Positions 22,861 through 35,623 of a stretch of 50,067 nucleotides of DNA are shown here, one piece after another. Positions within the stretch are counted from its first letter, which is position 1. Each line of letters starts with the position of its first letter. The notes under the pieces were generated by a model, which saw only the letters and a list, made by a program, of their open reading frames with translations, had not been told where the DNA came from and did no database searches. A program made the position numbers and the translations under genes. Source of the stretch: Chiloscyllium plagiosum (taxonomy: Eukaryota); contig NC_057754.1 of assembly GCF_004010195.1 (NCBI RefSeq), positions 3,381,527 to 3,431,593 on the forward strand, written 5' to 3'.

Positions 22861-25410
22861 TGATGCTAACACGTTGCTCCAAGTTATCTTCACTTGAAAG
22901 CTTAACGTTGTCCCTCATATGATATCCAGTCCATCTTGTTGTGAGAAAGCTGCTGACATAACTGTATCTCTGCCAGGGTGCGACATCAGCCCTGCCCATC
23001 TCTCTCTCCGGGATACAATAGACATACCATGGCTGCTTCCTTTAGATAAGGTGGCTCGGACAGAGGGGTTAAAGTTCAGTTTGGACAGGCAGTCGGGCTG
23101 ATTTATTTACATTGAGACAGCTTTCTCCCAGGCGTTTGTAGTTTTGGAATCAGGTCAGCCCCTGTGTTCCAGGGATTGATAACCCGTCCGGCAGCCTGCA
23201 GTTCAGAGCCACCGCTGGGGATGTCTGCCCAGCTCGCCCCCGTCACTCAGCAGAGGACGGCATTGAGTTGCAAAGAGTAGTCCCACACCCACTTGGTTGT
23301 ACACAGGGCTGCTGAAAAGACAGACAGTTTACCAGAGCTTTTTGTCTTGCATCCGAACAATCGCAATATTCAAGACAGCGGGAAGGTTTGGTGCTTTCAG
23401 ACCATGATGTTGTCAAGGAGAAAGGAATGATGAGCTAAGGGCCGGGGGTATTTGAGAGAGGTGCTAGGGTCAAGCGTGTTCCAGATGGTTGGTGTAAATG
23501 TATATCGCTTCCACCTAACGTACCAGCGTCTCATTGTGAGTTCACCTGATGACCTTGCATTGGTTGTGAGTGTAGTTGTCGGACTCTGTCCAGTTGTGGA
23601 ATCACATCTAATGGTAGCTGTTTTCCTTTGGTTGTGGGCCGGTTGACTTCACCAATAAGCAGAGGTGACAGAAAGAACCAGACTGAGTGGCAGGACAGCC
23701 GGAGGAGTTCAGTCTCTCAGCTCAGGTGTTAACCAAGGCAACACCAGCCCCCCCAGGAGTCTGGTAATGATGAAGGCCACTGTTCAGAGAGGGGTTGGAA
23801 ATCAGGTGTCCCAGAGAGGGCAGTGTGGGGCATAATCTGTGGTTTTGTCCGTCATCCTGAGGACCACTCCCTCCGTCAGAGCCACCAGGAGGAAAGCAAA
23901 CAGCTCTGACCACTCCTTCTCCCAACATCATTCTAGCAAATTGCTTCACCTGCGATGTGATGTTGCTGTGGACGGGACAGTTTCAGAATCACAGGATGGT
24001 AACAGGACAGAGGAGTCTATTCGGCCCATTGTGTCTGTGCTGGCTCACCACGTGAGCAATTCACCTAGTGCGACTCTCGCCACCTCTCTATGCCCCTGCA
24101 CATTGTTACTCTCTGTCTATTTGTCCAGTTTCCTCTTGATGGAAGCTGTCTCCACCTCACTCTCAGGCAGCCCGTTCCAGACCCGAGCCCCTCACGGTGT
24201 GAGAATATCTCTCCTCTGGTTATTCTCTCCATCACTTTAACCTGGTGACCTCTCGTTCTTCATCCTTCATCTGTCGCTCCTGCCCAGTCGGAACACTCCA
24301 AAAAACCTCCCCTCAACCTTCTCTTCCAAGCGAGAAAAGTATAGAAACAGGAGTGGACCACTTGGGCCTTTGAGCCTGGTCCACCATCCACATGGCCGAC
24401 CATGCACCTCAGCACCCTGTTCCTGCTTTCTCCCCTGTACCCTGAGATCCCTCTTCTACACACAAAGCAGTCCCAGCCTCTCCAATCCATCCAGTTAACT
24501 GAAATGTCTCAGCCCTGGAAGCGTGGCCATGAATCTTTTCTCTGGCACCTTCACATCTTTCCAATAGTGCACTACCCAGAACTGGATGCCCTCCTGCAGC
24601 TGAGTGTCTGAAACAAGTTCAGCAGAACCCATTTCCTCGTGTGCTGAGTGCCCTGATTAAACAAACCCTGGGATGCTCACACATCCTGTCCCGACACCTT
24701 CAGTGCACCCAAGTCCCTCTGCTCCTGCAGCACCTTGAGAATTGCCCCCTTGGACCTTAATGTCCTTCTGCATCACAGCTCAGTTCCGGTCCAGAGAGAC
24801 GGGGCCGGATCTCTGATCCAGAAGCATCAATATAGAACTGCACTGGCACACCCAAAAGGCCAAGGACCAGATCCCCATCGATGCTGACAGGCAGTGCACG
24901 AGAATGTGGTGGTTGTTGGAGGGAGCTCAGCATTTTGAAAAGACACGAGAGCGCTGCTCGTGAGGCAGGAACTGTCAGAGATCACGTCCGCTCAGGGGAG
25001 AGAAGACAGAGGCAGGAAGCGAGAGCTAGTCACTCATCTACGTGTGGGAGTGCACACACACTCAGTCCCGGCGGGGAGCGAAGCTGCTCAGACTCCCTCC
25101 CACCTCGGTTGACGTCTCAGAGGTGATTGTGTGTACATTGAGATGAGACAGCTTTCTCTGAGTGTACACCCGGGCTCTGCAGCTCTGTTGTTGCAGGTTA
25201 CGCCTTGGCGGAAGCATTCATGTTTTCTATTCATCCTGCTGAATGGGGAATGTGATACCCTAAAGCAGGCGAGATGCTTTCACACAGCAGTGAGCTCTGT
25301 CCGCTCCCAACTCCTTCTCTCCCTCCCTACCCCCACCGAACGGCAAGTTCGGAGCACACCGTCTGTGCTGACTAGAATGCTCTGCTGTGTCTGTCTCTCC
25401 ATCTCCAAAC

Positions 25411-25691
25411 CCCTCCCTATTTCTGTAACCCCCTCCAGCCCCTACACCCCTTCCCTATCTCTGTCAACCCCTCCAGCTCCTACACCCCTCCTTATCTCTG
25501 TCACCCCCTCCAGCCCCTACACTCCCTCCCTATCTCTGTAACCTCNNNNNNNNNNNNNNNNNNNNNNNNNNNNNNNNNNNNNNNNNNNNNNNNNNNNNNN
25601 NNNNNNNNNNNNNNNNNNNNNNNNNNNNNNNNNNNNNNNNNNNNCTCCCTATCTCTGTAACCCCCTCCAGCCCCTACACCCCTCCCTATCT
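25411..25691. repeat. About 37-bp C-rich minisatellite spanning an N gap
   Basis: Unit ctccctatctctgtaaccccctccagcccctacacc. Confidence 0.9.
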
Positions 25692-26322
25692 GTGGGATGT
25701 ATTGCTGCTACCATGTCTTATCCCAGCTCTGATCCCCACCTACCCCCCGTCCCCCATAACTTGTTAAAGAATATCCTACTATGTCAGACCCCACCTGAAG
25801 CTGGCCCTCAGTCCGTCAGTGAGCTAGGGAGCTGCTCTGTCTCATTGTGCTGTCTCACTGGCTGCTGGTGTGCAGCCATGACTGTCCTTTCCCTTTAGTA
25901 CCTCTGCACAAGCCTCCAGTTCCTGCAGTTACCTTTCCTCAGAATGTGTTGGGGGATGTGGGCACCACAGGCTGTGCCCAGCATTTATTGCCCATCCCTA
26001 ATTGCCTTTGGGAAGATGGTGCTGCAGCCCACGTGGTACAGGGTCACCCAGGCAATGCTGTTAGGGAACAAGCTCCAGGATTTTGACCCAGCGACTGAAG
26101 GAATGGTGACATATTTCCAAATCAGGGTGGGATGGGAGATCTGTGCAATGGGGGAAGATGATGTTGTCCATTATGGTTTGTTTCACTAAATTGTTTACCC
26201 CTGGCGTATTCCAGCTTTTTGATTCTCTTGCGACTGTTCCAACAACGTGGGCCAGTGCATTCCTGTCTAGTTCCATTCCTCCTCACGTTTCCCCAGGACC
26301 GATGATCTCTGATGCAGACTCT

Positions 26323-26940
26323 TGTCTGGGTTTTTGTGTTGGGAGCCAGTCAGCCAGGAATCAATACTCACCAACAAACAGAAGAAATGTTTATTAACAA
26401 CACCAAGCTTACACAAAGACACAAGAATCATTGACACAAATGTGAATTATGCAAATATATATCTGTCCTTCTAAACAAGGAACTAAAACGCACATCTCAG
26501 GAGAAACATAGTTATGTGGCGTGTTAACCTTAAAGTACTTTAGCCAAGTAACAGATACAGTCAGAAGAAAATGCATAAGCACCGGATGATCTGATTCTGT
26601 ATCTATTCAGCGCACACGCACACACATACAGAAGATGCAGAGACTGGGCTGTCTTCCTGAAACAAACCGTTGCATGTGCCCGAATTCCCTTTGCTTCTGG
26701 TGTTGGAGTAGGTGGCAAAGTATTCCCCCCCAAGTGCTGAAGATGACTTCTCGTGGGTTTTCAGCCTTTTTCGCTGAGGTTTGCAAAGAAAGACCGAGGG
26801 AATAACGGTGGGGCGCTGCTCACTAATCCTCTTTCCGTCCAATTTCAAAAATCCAATAATCTTATTCCACCCCCCACCCCAACTTCCCACAAAGTGAGCC
26901 CCCTCTCTGATAGGCCTCCAGACCGAATAACGTCCAGACA
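26323..26940 (-). mobile_element. Putative solo LTR (618 bp)
   Basis: Terminal inverted 7-mer TGTCTGG...CCAGACA (TG..CA ends), with AATAAA on the minus strand near 26390. No TSD is evident. Confidence 0.5.
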
Positions 26941-27753
26941 TGTGATCCCCTCCAGCATTGCTTTGGAACTTCCACAGTACGCAAGAGATAGGAACAGTAG
27001 ACCATTCGGCCCATCAGTCCTGGCCATGCTGTTCAACACGATCCTGGCTGAACTTGAGGTTCAGTCCTGCTGTCCCGCCCGCTCCCAATATCCCGAGAGA
27101 CAGACAGTGGGCCCATCCCAACCCTCAAATGCTGTAACGGAGCAGGGCAATCTGGAGGAGGCCACTTATCCCCTCTGCCTCCGTGCTGTCCCTTTTCGGG
27201 AAGAGGCCTACATCCCCACCCACTCCTCACCAGAATGTTTCTCTTTTATTAAAAAGAAACGTTTTTGTCTTTGGGCTTTTCTCGATTTAAAGATGGCGGG
27301 AATGGGGAAAATGGAGCTGGCGGAGTCAGGCTGGCCAAGATGTAACAGCAACCAGAGTGTGCGGGGTCAGTCCAACAGGGCTCTCCTTGGCAGCAGGGTG
27401 TGCCACAGGCAGCCAGAGCACTGGGGGGGTGGGGGGGGGGATTAACTCAAACTCACCCCTACCACCCTCCCCCCCACCCAAAACTCTTCCCTATTGTGTG
27501 GACAAGCTCTGGTCATGGATTGCAGATGGAGTCCCCAGGGCGACGGCTCACTTGTGTGACAGGGAGTCACAGCCATAAGTTGGCACCTCCCATCTGCCAG
27601 ACTGGGTTTAATTCATGGACCCTCCCAACACCAGCACCCCACACTCACACACACACACTCTCACACCACACAGACACAAACTCACACACCAGCACATACA
27701 CACACGTACACAGACAGACACCTGCCCCATTCACCACCTCTCTCTCTTCACAG

Positions 27754-27853
27754 GCTGAATGGCTTCAAGAAGCAGCAGGAGATCCTACGGCAGAAACACG
27801 CTGCCTTCATGGAGAAATACAGGCTGAAGACACGTGGGGGCGGCAATGAGTGA
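27754..27853 (+). CDS. DNAJC4: DNAJC4 terminal coding exon; upstream exons not visible
   Basis: Strong acceptor cctctctctcttcacag|G, then LNGFKKQQEILRQKHAAFMEKYRLKTRGGGNE*. This resembles my recollection of the fish DNAJC4 C-terminus (NGFKKQxEILRQKHAEFxEKY). Position between NUDT22 and a VEGF gene matches human 11q13. Confidence 0.82.
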
Positions 27854-28548
27854 GAGGCCAAAACCCCCACCCTGCCCGTCCTCGCGACTCAAGAAGTAGG
27901 CGTTGGCACTGCCCACCCACCCCCCTCCCCCATAGGGCTGACTCCTGAAAAGATGAGAGAGCACAGCCTGCTGTTTTGTGTGCATTCACTCCTGGCGGTA
28001 TGGGGAGGGGTGGGGGAAGCAGCGGGAGTGGGGGGGTAACGATGAAAGGAGGGGAAGCTTCTTATTGCAGACTCCAGTCTGACCAGTCCGGCCTCCTCAT
28101 GGCTTTGTAACGTGTATTGTTTTCTCGTGGTTCAGGACACCCTCCACCCAAGACCCAGTTTAGAGTGCGCATGGGGCACCGGAATCACATACCTCGTGTT
28201 CCCATTCCCCAGTGAGATCCGCTTTTGATCTGCACCGAGTGGGGAAGTGAGGATTCAAGCTGCAATCCAAGGAAGACTGGTCCCGCGCCTCGGAGGGGAC
28301 CGCTCATCGATTTCAGGCCAAGCCAATAGATGCTCACCCCTCACCTTCCCCAAGACCCTGTGTTTCATCGCCAACCCTCCCCTGCCCCACCCACCCTGGA
28401 ACTCCGCATACCAGCAAACCAAGTGGCATGAGGTACCAGTGCCAACGTTTCTTATTTTACTGACACAGGCTTCCACAGAAATACGCACTGGCGGACTCAC
28501 CTGTCCTGCTCAGACATCGAGTCTCCACGACTGTGTTTTACCCACCGA

Positions 28549-28554
28549 AATAAA
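28549..28554 (+). terminator. Candidate DNAJC4 polyadenylation signal (AATAAA)
   Basis: About 700 nt after the stop codon, at the end of unique sequence. Confidence 0.5.
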
Positions 28555-28864
28555 TTTCATCAGGATGCAATCCTCTCCTCGCTCCTTCTGCAATGCTCCC
28601 CTGCCCGATACAAAGGGGAATGGGTATGAGGCTGGCAGATCGAATATCCTGTGTCTGATGGACGTCAGTCTGTATCATCTCTGCTGTAGAGAAAGTCTGA
28701 AAACCAGGCTTTATTCCCACTGGAATTTAGTGGACTCCTTTCTGTCTTCCACTTCCCTTTCTGTGCATCTGGATGTCACAGGAACAGGTGGAGGCCATTC
28801 AGCCCCTCAAGTCTGTTGCACCATTCAATGCAATCATGGCTGATTTGTGGCCTAACTCTACGAC

Positions 28865-29490
28865 TATGGCTGCTGGAGGTCAGTCATCTCAGCTCCAGGA
28901 CATCTCTGCAGGAGTTTCTCAGGGTAGTGTCCAAGGCCCAACCATCTTCAGCTACTTCATCAATGACCTTCCCTCCATCATAAGGTCAGAGGTGGGGATG
29001 TTCTCCAATGATTGCACAGTGTTCTGCGCCATTCACAACTCCAGATGCTGAAGTAGTTCATGTTCAAATGAAACAAGATCTGGACAATATCCAGCTCGGG
29101 CCAACAAGTGGCAAGTAACATTCGCACCACACAACTGACCATCACTCCTTGACATTCAATGGTTTTACCATCACTGAATTCCCCACTGTCAACATCCTGG
29201 GGGTTATCACTTCCATCAAGAAGGACAAATGCAGCAGATATATGGGAATGCCACCACCTTCAAGATCCTCTCCAAGCCCCTCACCATCCTGACTTGGAAA
29301 TATATCGCCGTTCCTTCATTGTCAAAATCCTGTTATTCCCTCCCCAAGGGCACTGTGGGTGACCCCCAGCCTGTGGGCTACAGTTCAAGAAGGCAGCTCA
29401 CCCACCCCCCCCCTACCCCCCCGGCACCCATCTGCTCAAGGGACAACTAGGGACTAGGCCCAGCCAGTGACGCCCACGATTCCTGCAAAT
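28865..29490 (+). mobile_element. LINE (CR1/L2-clade) RT fragment and 3' part
   Basis: GVSQGSVQGPTIFSYFINDLPSIIRSEVGMFSNDCT, a degenerate form of GVPQGSVLGP...FADD. Confidence 0.8.
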
Positions 29491-30577
29491 GAGTTAAAAA
29501 TATACCTTCCTTGGCCCACATGCTTTAATGTCTTTGCTTAATAAAAACAATTGTAGCTCTCAGATTTAAAATTAACAACTGATCCAGCATCCACTGCCAT
29601 TTGTGGAAGAGTACCAAACTTCTATCACCTTTGTGCGTGGAAGTGCTTCTTGTCATCTCTCCTGAATGATCTGGCCCGAATTCTCAGACTATGCCCCTAG
29701 TTCTAAATCCCAACCAATGGAAACAGTTTATCTTCATGTACTCTGTCTTTTCCTGTTAATATCTCAAAGACTTTGATCAGATCACTCCTTAACATTATAA
29801 ATTCGAGAGAAAACAGGCCTAATTTGTATAATCTTTCCTCATAATTAATCCCTGAAGTCCAGGAACCATTCTAGCAAACGATATCAGGTTGCGTTCGGTA
29901 CATTAGAGTGGGGCAGCAGGAAATACTGTCCATTTCCCCAGTTTAAGGATGGGCAAAGCACTGATGACCTCCTAGAAGCTGACTCTGAACCATCCACAGC
30001 CTCACTCCTGAGCGTGCTCGCCAGCGTGATGTAGGAATTGGCAATTTGTACTCATGCAAATTCCCACAAGCAGCAACGCGAGACTGACTCAGATTGTTTC
30101 TGTTAACATGATGCTAGATGAGGGATAAATGGCCGAGGCATTCCCGAGTGGCACTCCAAGCCCCAATTCCCTGACTTGCGTCCGAAAGGACTGGCATGGC
30201 AGTCTTTGAGCTGCCCAGGGAACAGGGAGGAAGAGGAGGCAGTCTACCTGCCCATGCCCTCTGTGCAAGTGTTAATCTCTAACCCAGTGCCAGTTCCAGG
30301 CAGTGAGTGAATTGAGTGTTGGCGCTGATAACAGGGCTGTTTATAACCTGCTTGAAGATTACGTGCAGTACAGCCACACTGCAGTGACCTTTTCCTCCCC
30401 AGGCAGATTAAATTGCTACCTGCGTCCCAACAAAGAGGCTGCTGTCTCTGAGTAGCTTCTACAGCAGGTATCTGCCCTCAATTGAGTCCCCATGTGATGC
30501 TAGGCAACATATGTTGGCAGTGTTTATGATCATCAAGGTTGGTCTGCCACCATGTGACAACAGCAAAGCAACAGATT

Positions 30578-33500
30578 CCCCATCTCTCTCTCTCACCCTG
30601 AGGAGCAGGGACCCTGTCCGATTACACCCTTCTCTCAGATCTTGGGGATCACTAAACAGTGATCAGGAACAAGGACCTTCTCTGATTCCTCCTCTCTCTA
30701 ACCCTGGGGATCACTGGACAGCGATCAGGAGCAGGGACCTTGTCTGATTCCCCCTCTCTCTCTAACCCTATGGATCACTGGACAGTGATCAGGAGCAGGG
30801 ACCCTGTCTGATTCCCCCTCTCTCTCTAACCCTATGGATCACTGGGCAGTGATCAGGAACTGTGAATAATTCTACCTCTCTCGCTAACCCTGGGGATCAC
30901 TGGACCGTGATCAGGAGCAGGGACCCTGTCTGATTACCCCTCTCCCTCTAACCCTATGGATCACAGGGCAGTGATCAGGAGCAGGGACCTTGTCTGATTC
31001 CCCCTCTCACTCTCTAACCCTGGGGATCACTGGACAGTGATCAGGAGCAGAACACCTGTCTGATTACCCCTCTCTAACCCTATGGATCACAGGGCAGTGA
31101 TCAGTAACTGTGTCTAATTCCACCTCTCTCTCTAACCCTGGGGATCACTGAACAGTGATCACCAGCAGGGACCCTGTCTGATTACCTCTCTCCCTCTAAC
31201 CCTGGGGATCACTGGACAGTGATCAGGAGCAGAAACCCTGTCTTATTCCCGCTCTCTCTCTAACCCTGAGGATCACTGGACAGTGATCAGGAGCAGAGCC
31301 CCTGTCTGATTGCCCCTCTCCCTCTAACCCTGGGGATCACTGGACAGTGATCAGGAGCAGAAACCCTGTCTTATTCCCCCTCTCTCTCTAACCCTGAGGA
31401 TCACTGGACAGTGATCAGGAGCAGGGCCCCTGTCTGATTACCCCTCTCTCTCTAACTCTGGGGATCACTAGACAGTAATCAGTAGCAGAAACCCTGTCTT
31501 ATTACCCCTCTCTCTCTAACCCTGGGGATCACTGAACAATGATCAGGAGCAGAGCCCCTGTCTGATTCCCCCTCTCTCTCTAACCCTGGGGATCACTGGG
31601 CAGTGATCAGGAGCAGGGACCCTGTCTGATTACCCCTCTCCCTCTAACCCTATGGATCACTGGGCAGTGATCAGGAGCAGGGACCCTGTCTGATTCCCCC
31701 TCTCACTCTCTAACCCTGGGGATCACTGGACAGTGATCAGGAGCAGAAACCCTGTCTTATTACCCCTCTCCCTCTAACCCTGGGGATCACTGGACAGTGA
31801 TCAGGAGCAGGGACCCTGTCTAATTACCCCTCTCCCTCTAACCCTGGGGATCACTGGACAGTGATCAGGAGCAGAAACCCTGTCTTATTCCCCCTCTCTC
31901 TCTCACCCTGAGGATCACTGGACAGTGATCAGGAGCAGAGCCCCTGTCTGATTGCCCCTCTCTCTCTAACCCTAGGGATTACAGGGCAGTGATCAGGAGC
32001 AGGGACCCTGTCTGATTTCCCCTCTCACTCTCTAACCCTGGGGATCACTGGGCAGTGATCAGGAACAGGGACCCTGTCTGATTACCCCTCTCTCTCTCTC
32101 TAACCATGAGGTTCACTGGGCAGTGATCAGGAGCAGAAACCCTGTCCGATAACCCCCTCCCTCTAACCCTGGGGATCACTGGACAGTGATCAAGAGCAGA
32201 AACCCTGTTTGATAACCCCCCTCTCTAACCCTATGGATCACTGGGCAGTGATCAGGAGCAGGGACCGTGTCTAATTCCACCTCTCTCTCTAACCCTGGGG
32301 ATCACTGGACAGTGATCAGGAGCAGAAACCCTGTCTGATAACCCCCCTCTCTAACCCTGGGGATCACTGGACAGTGATCAGGAGCAGAACCCCTGTCTGA
32401 TTCCTCCTCTCACTCTCTAACCCTGGGGATCACTGGGCAGTGGTCAGGAGCAGAAACCCTGTCTGATTCCCCTTCTCTAATCCTGGGGATCACTGGGCAG
32501 TGATCTGGAACAGGGACCCTGTCTGATTACTCCTCTCCCTCTAACCCTGGGGATCACTGGGCAGTGATCAGGAGCGGAAACCCTGTCTGTTTCCCCCTCT
32601 CTCTCTAACCCTGGGGATCACTGGGCAGTGATCAGGAGCAGAAACCCTGTCTGATAACCCCTCTCTCTCTCTAACCCTGGGGATCACTGGACAGTGATCA
32701 CCAGCAGGGACCCTGTCTGATTACCCCTCCCCCTCTAACCCTGGGGATCACTGGACAGTGATCAGGAGCAGAAACCCTGTCTGATTCCCCCTCTCTCTCT
32801 ACCCTGGGGATCACTGGATAGTGATCAAGAGCAGAGCCCCTGTCTGATTCCCCCTCTCTCTCTAACCCTATGGATCAATGGGCAGTGATCAGTAACAGGG
32901 ACTGTGTCTAATTCCATCTCTCTCTCTAACCTGGGGATCACTGGACAGTGATCACCAGCAGGGACCCTGTCTGATTACCCCTCCCCCTCTAACCCTGGGG
33001 ATCACTGGACAGTGATCAGGAGCAGAGCCCCTGTCTGGTTCCCCCTCTCTCTCTAACCCTGGGGATCACTGGACAGTGATCAGGAGCAGGGACCCTGTCT
33101 GATTACCCCTCTCCCTCTAACCCTATGGATCACTGGGCAGTGATCAGGAGCAGGGACCCTGTCTGATTCCCCCTCTCACTCTCTAACCTGGGGGATCACT
33201 GGACAGTGATCAGGAGCAGGGACCCTGTCTGATTACCCCTCTCCCTGTAACCCTATGGATCACTGGGCAGTGATCAGGAGCAGAGCCCCTGTCTGATTCC
33301 CCCTCTCACTCTCTAACCCTGGGGATCACTGGGCAGTGATCAGGAGCAGGGACCCTGCCTGATTACCCCTCTCCCTCTAACCCTGGGGATCACTGGACAG
33401 TGATCAGGAGCAGAAAACCTGTCTTATTACCCCTCTCTCTCTAACCCTGGGGATCACTGGACAGTGATCAGGAGCAGAATCCCTGTCTGATTACCCCTCT

Positions 33501-34790
33501 CCCTCTAACCCTGGGGATCACTGGACAGTGATCAGGAGCAGAAACCCTGTCTTATTCCCCCTCTCTCTCTAACCCTGGGGATCACTGGACAGTGATCAGG
33601 AGCAGAGCCCCTGTCTGATTGCCCCTATCTCTCTCACCCTAGGGATCACTGGGCAGTGATCAGGAGCAGGGACCCTGCCTGATAACCCCTCTCCCTCTAA
33701 CCCTGGGGATCACTGGACAGTGATCAGGAGCAGAAACCCTGTCCGATTACCCCCCTCTCTCTCTAACCCTATGGATCACTGGGCAGTGATCAGGAGCAAG
33801 GACTGTGTCTAATTCCCCACCTCTCTCTAACCCTGGGGATCACTGGACAGTGATCAGGAGCAGAAACCCTGTCTGATGCCCCCTCTCACTCTCTAACCCT
33901 GGGGATCACTGGGCAGTGATCAGGAGCAGAAACCCTGTCTGATTCCCCCTCTCTCTCTAACCCTGGGGATCACTGGGCAGTGATCAGGAGCAGACACCCT
34001 GTCTGATAACCCCCCTCTGTAACCCTGGGGATCACTGGGTAATGATCAGGAACAGGGACCCTGTCTGATGACCCCTCTCTCTCTCTAACCCTGGGGTTCA
34101 CTGGGCAGTGATCAGGAGCAGAAACCCTGTCTGATGCCCCCTCTCACTCTCTAATCCTGGGGATCACTGGGCAGTGATCTGGAGCAGAAACCCTGTCTGA
34201 TTCCCCCTCTCTCTCTAACCCTGGGGATCACTGGGCAGTGATCAGGAGCAGAAACCCTGTCTGATAACCCCCCTCTCTAACCCTGGGGATCACTGGGTAA
34301 TGATCAGGAACAGGGACCCTGTCTGATTACCCCTCTCTCTCTCTAACCCTGGGGATCACTGGACAGTGATCAGGAGCAGGAACCCTGTCTGATTCCCCCT
34401 CTCTCTCTAATCCTATGGATCACTGGGCAGTGATCAGGAGCAGGGACCCTGTCTAATTCCACCTCTCTCTCTAACCCTGGGGATCACTGGACAGTGATCA
34501 GGAGCAGGGACCCTGTCTGATTACCCCTCTCTCTCTAAGGAGAAAGTGAGGTCTGCAGATGCTGGAAGATCAGAGCTGAAAATGTGTTGCTGGAAAAGCG
34601 CAGCAGGTCAGGCAGCAACCAGGGAACAGGAGAATCGACGTTTCGGGCATAAAGAAAGCCCGAAACGTCGATTCTCCTGTTCCCTGGATGCTGCCTGACC
34701 TGCTGTGCTTTTCCAGCAACACATTTTCAGCCCCTCTCTCTCTAACCCTGGGGCTCACTGGACAGTGATCAAGAGCAGGATTTCTGTTCA
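30578..34790. repeat. Satellite of about 64 bp (units about 62-67 bp), roughly 60 copies
   Basis: Unit taaccctggggatcactggacagtgatcaggagcagggaccctgtctgattacccctctccctc. Confidence 0.97.
34539..34730. mobile_element. Fold-back hammerhead-family element inserted in the satellite
   Basis: 15-bp TSD cccctctctctctaa at 34524-34538 and 34731-34745. Near-perfect inverted arms. The centre (ataaagaaa) lacks CTGAnGA. Confidence 0.9.
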
Positions 34791-34845
34791 ATTCTCCCCC
34801 TCTCCTTCCCTTAGAGGCACTGAGGCCAGATAGAGTTTTGTTACC

Positions 34846-35104
34846 TTCCCATCTATCTGCTCCACCCTCCTCTCTGACCTATCACTTTCACCCCCACCTC
34901 CATCTACCTGTTACATTCCCAGTTATTCCGCATTCCCATGCCCTCCCATTTATCTCTCAGCCCCCTGACCCACATGCCTCGTTCCTGATGAAGGACTTAC
35001 GGCCGAAACATCGATTCTCCTGCTCCTTGGATGCTGCCTGACCTGTGTGCTTTTTCAGCACCACATTCTTGACTATGATCTCAAGCATCTGCAGTCCTTT
35101 CTCC
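34846..35104 (+). mobile_element. Longer Penelope-related 3' fragment with hammerhead motif
   Basis: Imperfect TSD tagagt(t/a)ttgt(t/a)acc at 34831-34845 and 35105-35119. CTGATGA-aggacttacggcc-GAAA-cATC at 34985-35012. Ends in ctgcagtcctttctcc, the reverse complement of the family end. Confidence 0.75.
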
Positions 35105-35623
35105 TAGAGTATTGTAACCAGTTGGAATCAGATCTCTGAGCTGCAAGGAGATAAATAAGCATATGTTGCCATCTTGCCAATCTTCACTGTCGGTGGTTGG
35201 CATGGAGCAGAAATCATTCACCAGGCACTGGTTCTTCAGGGCAGATTCCAAGAGTGTCCAAATGTCAAGCTGACTGTTGTGGAATCATACAATGCAAAGG
35301 AGACCACTTCTGTACCATACTCTCTCTCTCTCTCTCCATGTGTTAAATGATTGGATAGGGTGGAATGCGGGGAAACTGGCTAGCTGAGTGACTGTTAAAA
35401 TGTGAGGGTGTCAGAGCTCCAACCCAGGACCACCGTTACAAATGACTGGGCCTGCTGAATACTTCCAAGGGATCTTCATCTGATCACAGCTTCCTCACCC
35501 TAAAAGGAAAGGGTTACGCCCAACACAAGGTGCTCAAATAACACAGCAGCCTGAAGGGGTACCACAAAAAATTAACCATAAAACATTGCACCGCCTTCAG
35601 AGTCTGAGTGCCTCATTGATGTT

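Noticed and set aside
23722..23949. Minus-strand segment with signal-peptide-like WSELFAFLLVALTEG
   Set aside because: That frame is bounded by nearby stops, has no start codon and shows no recognisable homology.
26753..28843. ORFs of 230 aa (26753-27445), 149 aa (27400-27849) and 198 aa (28247-28843)
   Set aside because: They cross repeat boundaries, intron or 3' UTR, have non-ATG starts and no recognisable domain. The DNAJC4 exon is in a different frame from the 149 aa ORF.
31215..31245. GAAAccctGTC in satellite variants resembling the 3' half of a hammerhead
   Set aside because: No CUGAnGA core and no stem II in the unit.
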